A stretch of DNA of 64,000 bases from an uncultured Eubacteriales bacterium. Its GTDB lineage: Bacteria > Bacillota > Clostridia > Tissierellales > Peptoniphilaceae. Location: positions 169,771 to 233,770 of the forward strand of contig UQBO01000001.1 of NCBI GenBank assembly GCA_900539225.1, in the 5' to 3' direction. This document shows positions 61,888 to 64,000 of this stretch, piece after piece. Each line of letters begins with the position of its first letter. Position 1 is the first letter of the stretch. A model generated the notes under the pieces. That model searched no databases. It was not told the DNA's origin and worked only from the letters and a program-made list of their open reading frames with translations. A program made the translations under genes and the position numbers.

Positions 61888-63783
61888 TTAATCCTCCATA
61901 TAAATCAGCTCTTCATATAAGGCATCAAGCTTTTCATCAATCTCAGTAAGTTTAAAGTTCAAATCGTTAACTCTGTCTATGTCATCGTATATATCTGGAT
62001 TTGCAAGCTCATTATGAATCTTATCCTTATGTTTTTCAAACTCTGAAATTTCTTTTTCAAGAGCATCTTTTGCCTGTTTCTCTTTTTTTAATCTTTCTTT
62101 TTCTTCTCTCTCACGCTTTTTATTAAGCTTTGCTTGAGTCTTTGTAATTTCTTCAGGCTCTTCTAAAAAAGCCTCTTCTTCACGCATACGCTTTTTCTTT
62201 TCAAGATAATAGTCGTAGTTACCTAAATACTCGTGAATACCATCAGCTTTAAGCTCAAGTATTTTATTTACAACCTTATTTAGAAAATATCTATCGTGGC
62301 TAATTACAAGCAAAGTTCCTTCGTATGAATTAAGAGCCTCTTCTAAAACTTCCTTTGACTCGATGTCCAAGTGATTTGTTGGTTCGTCAAGGACAAGGAA
62401 GTTTACATCAGAAAGCATTATCTTACATAGAGAAACTCTAGCTTTTTCTCCGCCAGATAATTCATCAATCATCTTATATATATCATCATCAATAAATAAG
62501 AACTTTGCAAGCGCTTTTCTTAACTCAAAGTAAGTAAGGCGAGGGAAGCTGTCCCAAATTTCTTCGGCGATTGATTTATTCACGTCAAGTTTTTCTAGCT
62601 CTTGATCGAAGTAGCCAACATTAACATTAGTCCCAAAGTGTATTTCACCAGAGTCATGACTTTCTTCACCAAGTATAATTTTAAATAGAGTTGACTTACC
62701 AATACCGTTAGCACCGATGATGCCTACGTGCTCGCGCTTATATATGTTAAAGTTTATATCATTTAATAGTTTAAAATCACCGAAAGATTTATTTATATTT
62801 TCAACAGCTAAGACATCGTTACCTGACTCGACCTTCATCCTAAACTTAAAATTAATCTCGCTGTCATCATTAACATCACTTAAGAGCTCAATCTTAGCAA
62901 GCATCTTCTCACGAGACTTTGCCTTTATAATGCTTTTTTCAGTAGCGTAAGACCTATATCTTCTGATAATCTCTTTTTGTCTTTCAATTTCTTTTTGCTG
63001 ATTGATATAAGCCTTCTCTTGAATTGCTTCATTTATCTTTCTTTGCTTGATATATTGCTCGTAGCCCATATTGTACTCATGAGTTGTGTGATCCTTTATA
63101 AGAATAACCTTGTTGCAAGTAGAATTTAAAAAATATCTATCGTGGCTGACCATGACAACAGTCTTATTAAATGAATTGATATATTCTTGAAGAAATTCCA
63201 TTGAGTCAATATCAAGATGGTTAGTCGGTTCGTCCAAGAAAAGTATATCGGATTCTTGTATAAGTGCCTTGGCAAGCATTAGCTTAGATTTTTGTCCGCC
63301 GCTAAGAGAGTTAAAAGCCTGGCTAAACTGTTCTTCGCCAAAACCAAGACCAGTTAAAACCTTTTTTATCTCAGCGTCATATGTATATCCGCCTTTATTT
63401 TCGAAGTCTTCAAGTAAAAAGGCATATCTATCCAAGTTCTCTTGACTAGGGTCCTTGGCAATGATATCTTCAAAATTTCTAAGCTCCTCTTCAAGATCAG
63501 TCAAGTGCTTCATGGACTTCTTCATCTCATCATAAACACTTAAAGAGCTCCTAATCGTTGTATTTTGCTCAAGATAGGCGATTTTAGTATCTTTAGAAAT
63601 AAATATATCGCCTTCATCATAATTAAGCATGCCAGATAGAATGTTAAGTAAAGTTGACTTACCAGTACCATTCATACCAACTATGGCAACTTTTTCGCCT
63701 TCATTTATATTAATAGAAACGTTTTCAAAAATTAACTTGTCTATAAAAACTTTTTTTATATTGTTACATGCTAGTACAGTCAT
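61888..63783 (-). CDS. ABC-F family ATPase (two ABC domains, no TM domains; Uup/YdiF/Ettа-like translation factor)
   Basis: Two Walker A boxes (GMNGTGKST, GANGIGKST), two signature motifs (LSGGQKSKL, LSGGEKARV), an inter-domain linker and a coiled-coil C-terminus. Confidence 0.85.
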   Translation of the reverse strand: MTVLACNNIKKVFIDKLIFENVSININEGEKVAIVGMNGTGKSTLLNILSGMLNYDEGDIFISKDTKIAYLEQNTTIRSSLSVYDEMKKSMKHLTDLEEELRNFEDIIAKDPSQENLDRYAFLLEDFENKGGYTYDAEIKKVLTGLGFGEEQFSQAFNSLSGGQKSKLMLAKALIQESDILFLDEPTNHLDIDSMEFLQEYINSFNKTVVMVSHDRYFLNSTCNKVILIKDHTTHEYNMGYEQYIKQRKINEAIQEKAYINQQKEIERQKEIIRRYRSYATEKSIIKAKSREKMLAKIELLSDVNDDSEINFKFRMKVESGNDVLAVENINKSFGDFKLLNDINFNIYKREHVGIIGANGIGKSTLFKIILGEESHDSGEIHFGTNVNVGYFDQELEKLDVNKSIAEEIWDSFPRLTYFELRKALAKFLFIDDDIYKMIDELSGGEKARVSLCKIMLSDVNFLVLDEPTNHLDIESKEVLEEALNSYEGTLLVISHDRYFLNKVVNKILELKADGIHEYLGNYDYYLEKKKRMREEEAFLEEPEEITKTQAKLNKKREREEKERLKKEKQAKDALEKEISEFEKHKDKIHNELANPDIYDDIDRVNDLNFKLTEIDEKLDALYEELIYMED

Positions 63784-63901
63784 AAAAACACCTCGTTTAT
63801 ATTATAACATATTTTATAAGATGAAAATAAGATAAAATTGCAGTTTTTATCTTGAATTTTAATAATTATTATTATATAATAGTTTACAAAGAGGTGATTT
63901 T

Positions 63902-64000
63902 ATGAAAAAGTTCATTATATTTTGTTTAATTACTATGGCAATTTTTATCTTTTCGTGCAGTAAAAATAATAATTTAGAGATAAAAAGAATAGAAAATGAT
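63902..64000 (+). CDS. Putative lipoprotein, 5' partial (runs off the window)
   Basis: MKKFIIFCLITMAIFIFSCSKNNN: a signal peptide with the lipobox FSC. GAGGTG RBS. Confidence 0.45.
   Translation, partial: MKKFIIFCLITMAIFIFSCSKNNNLEIKRIEND

Overview
This is a low-GC (about 30%) Firmicutes chromosomal window, Clostridia/Tissierellia-like. It encodes a type-A RNase P RNA and a core gene order syntenic with the Bacillus subtilis yqf region: ruvCAB, spoIID, queA-tgt-yajC, nfeD-floA, phoH-ybeY-cdd-era-recO-glyQS, the PPDK regulator, dgt, dnaG-sigA-trmK-nif3, and further on efp, nusB-xseAB-ispA, rpmE-prmC-prfA and ileS. Almost all genes are on the + strand. Four non-core blocks stand out:
(a) a 5' cluster of four secreted/membrane proteins (165-6417) behind a promoter whose spacer is a T15 tract;
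(b) a compact type IV pilus / Com-like pseudopilus operon (31382-37898), fused downstream of tRNA-modification genes and carrying a very small A24-like prepilin peptidase;
(c) an apparent five-gene operon (56832-60445) encoding a RelA/SpoT-synthetase-domain protein with a roughly 230-aa extension, a Cys/His-rich DUF1292 protein, a TIGR01212 radical SAM protein, a small P-loop protein and a hypothetical;
(d) a convergent 3' block with a FetAB-like ABC exporter and an ABC-F ATPase.
Three genes are interrupted by frameshifts, each exactly at a homopolymer: dnaG at A9, a pilin at A7 and an S41 peptidase at T6. This points to homopolymer indel errors in the assembly or to slippage-prone tracts. No CRISPR array, rRNA, tRNA or obvious mobile element was seen. 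In places my own base counts from the printed sequence differed by one base from the ORF track, so coordinates of intergenic elements are good to about +/-3 nt.
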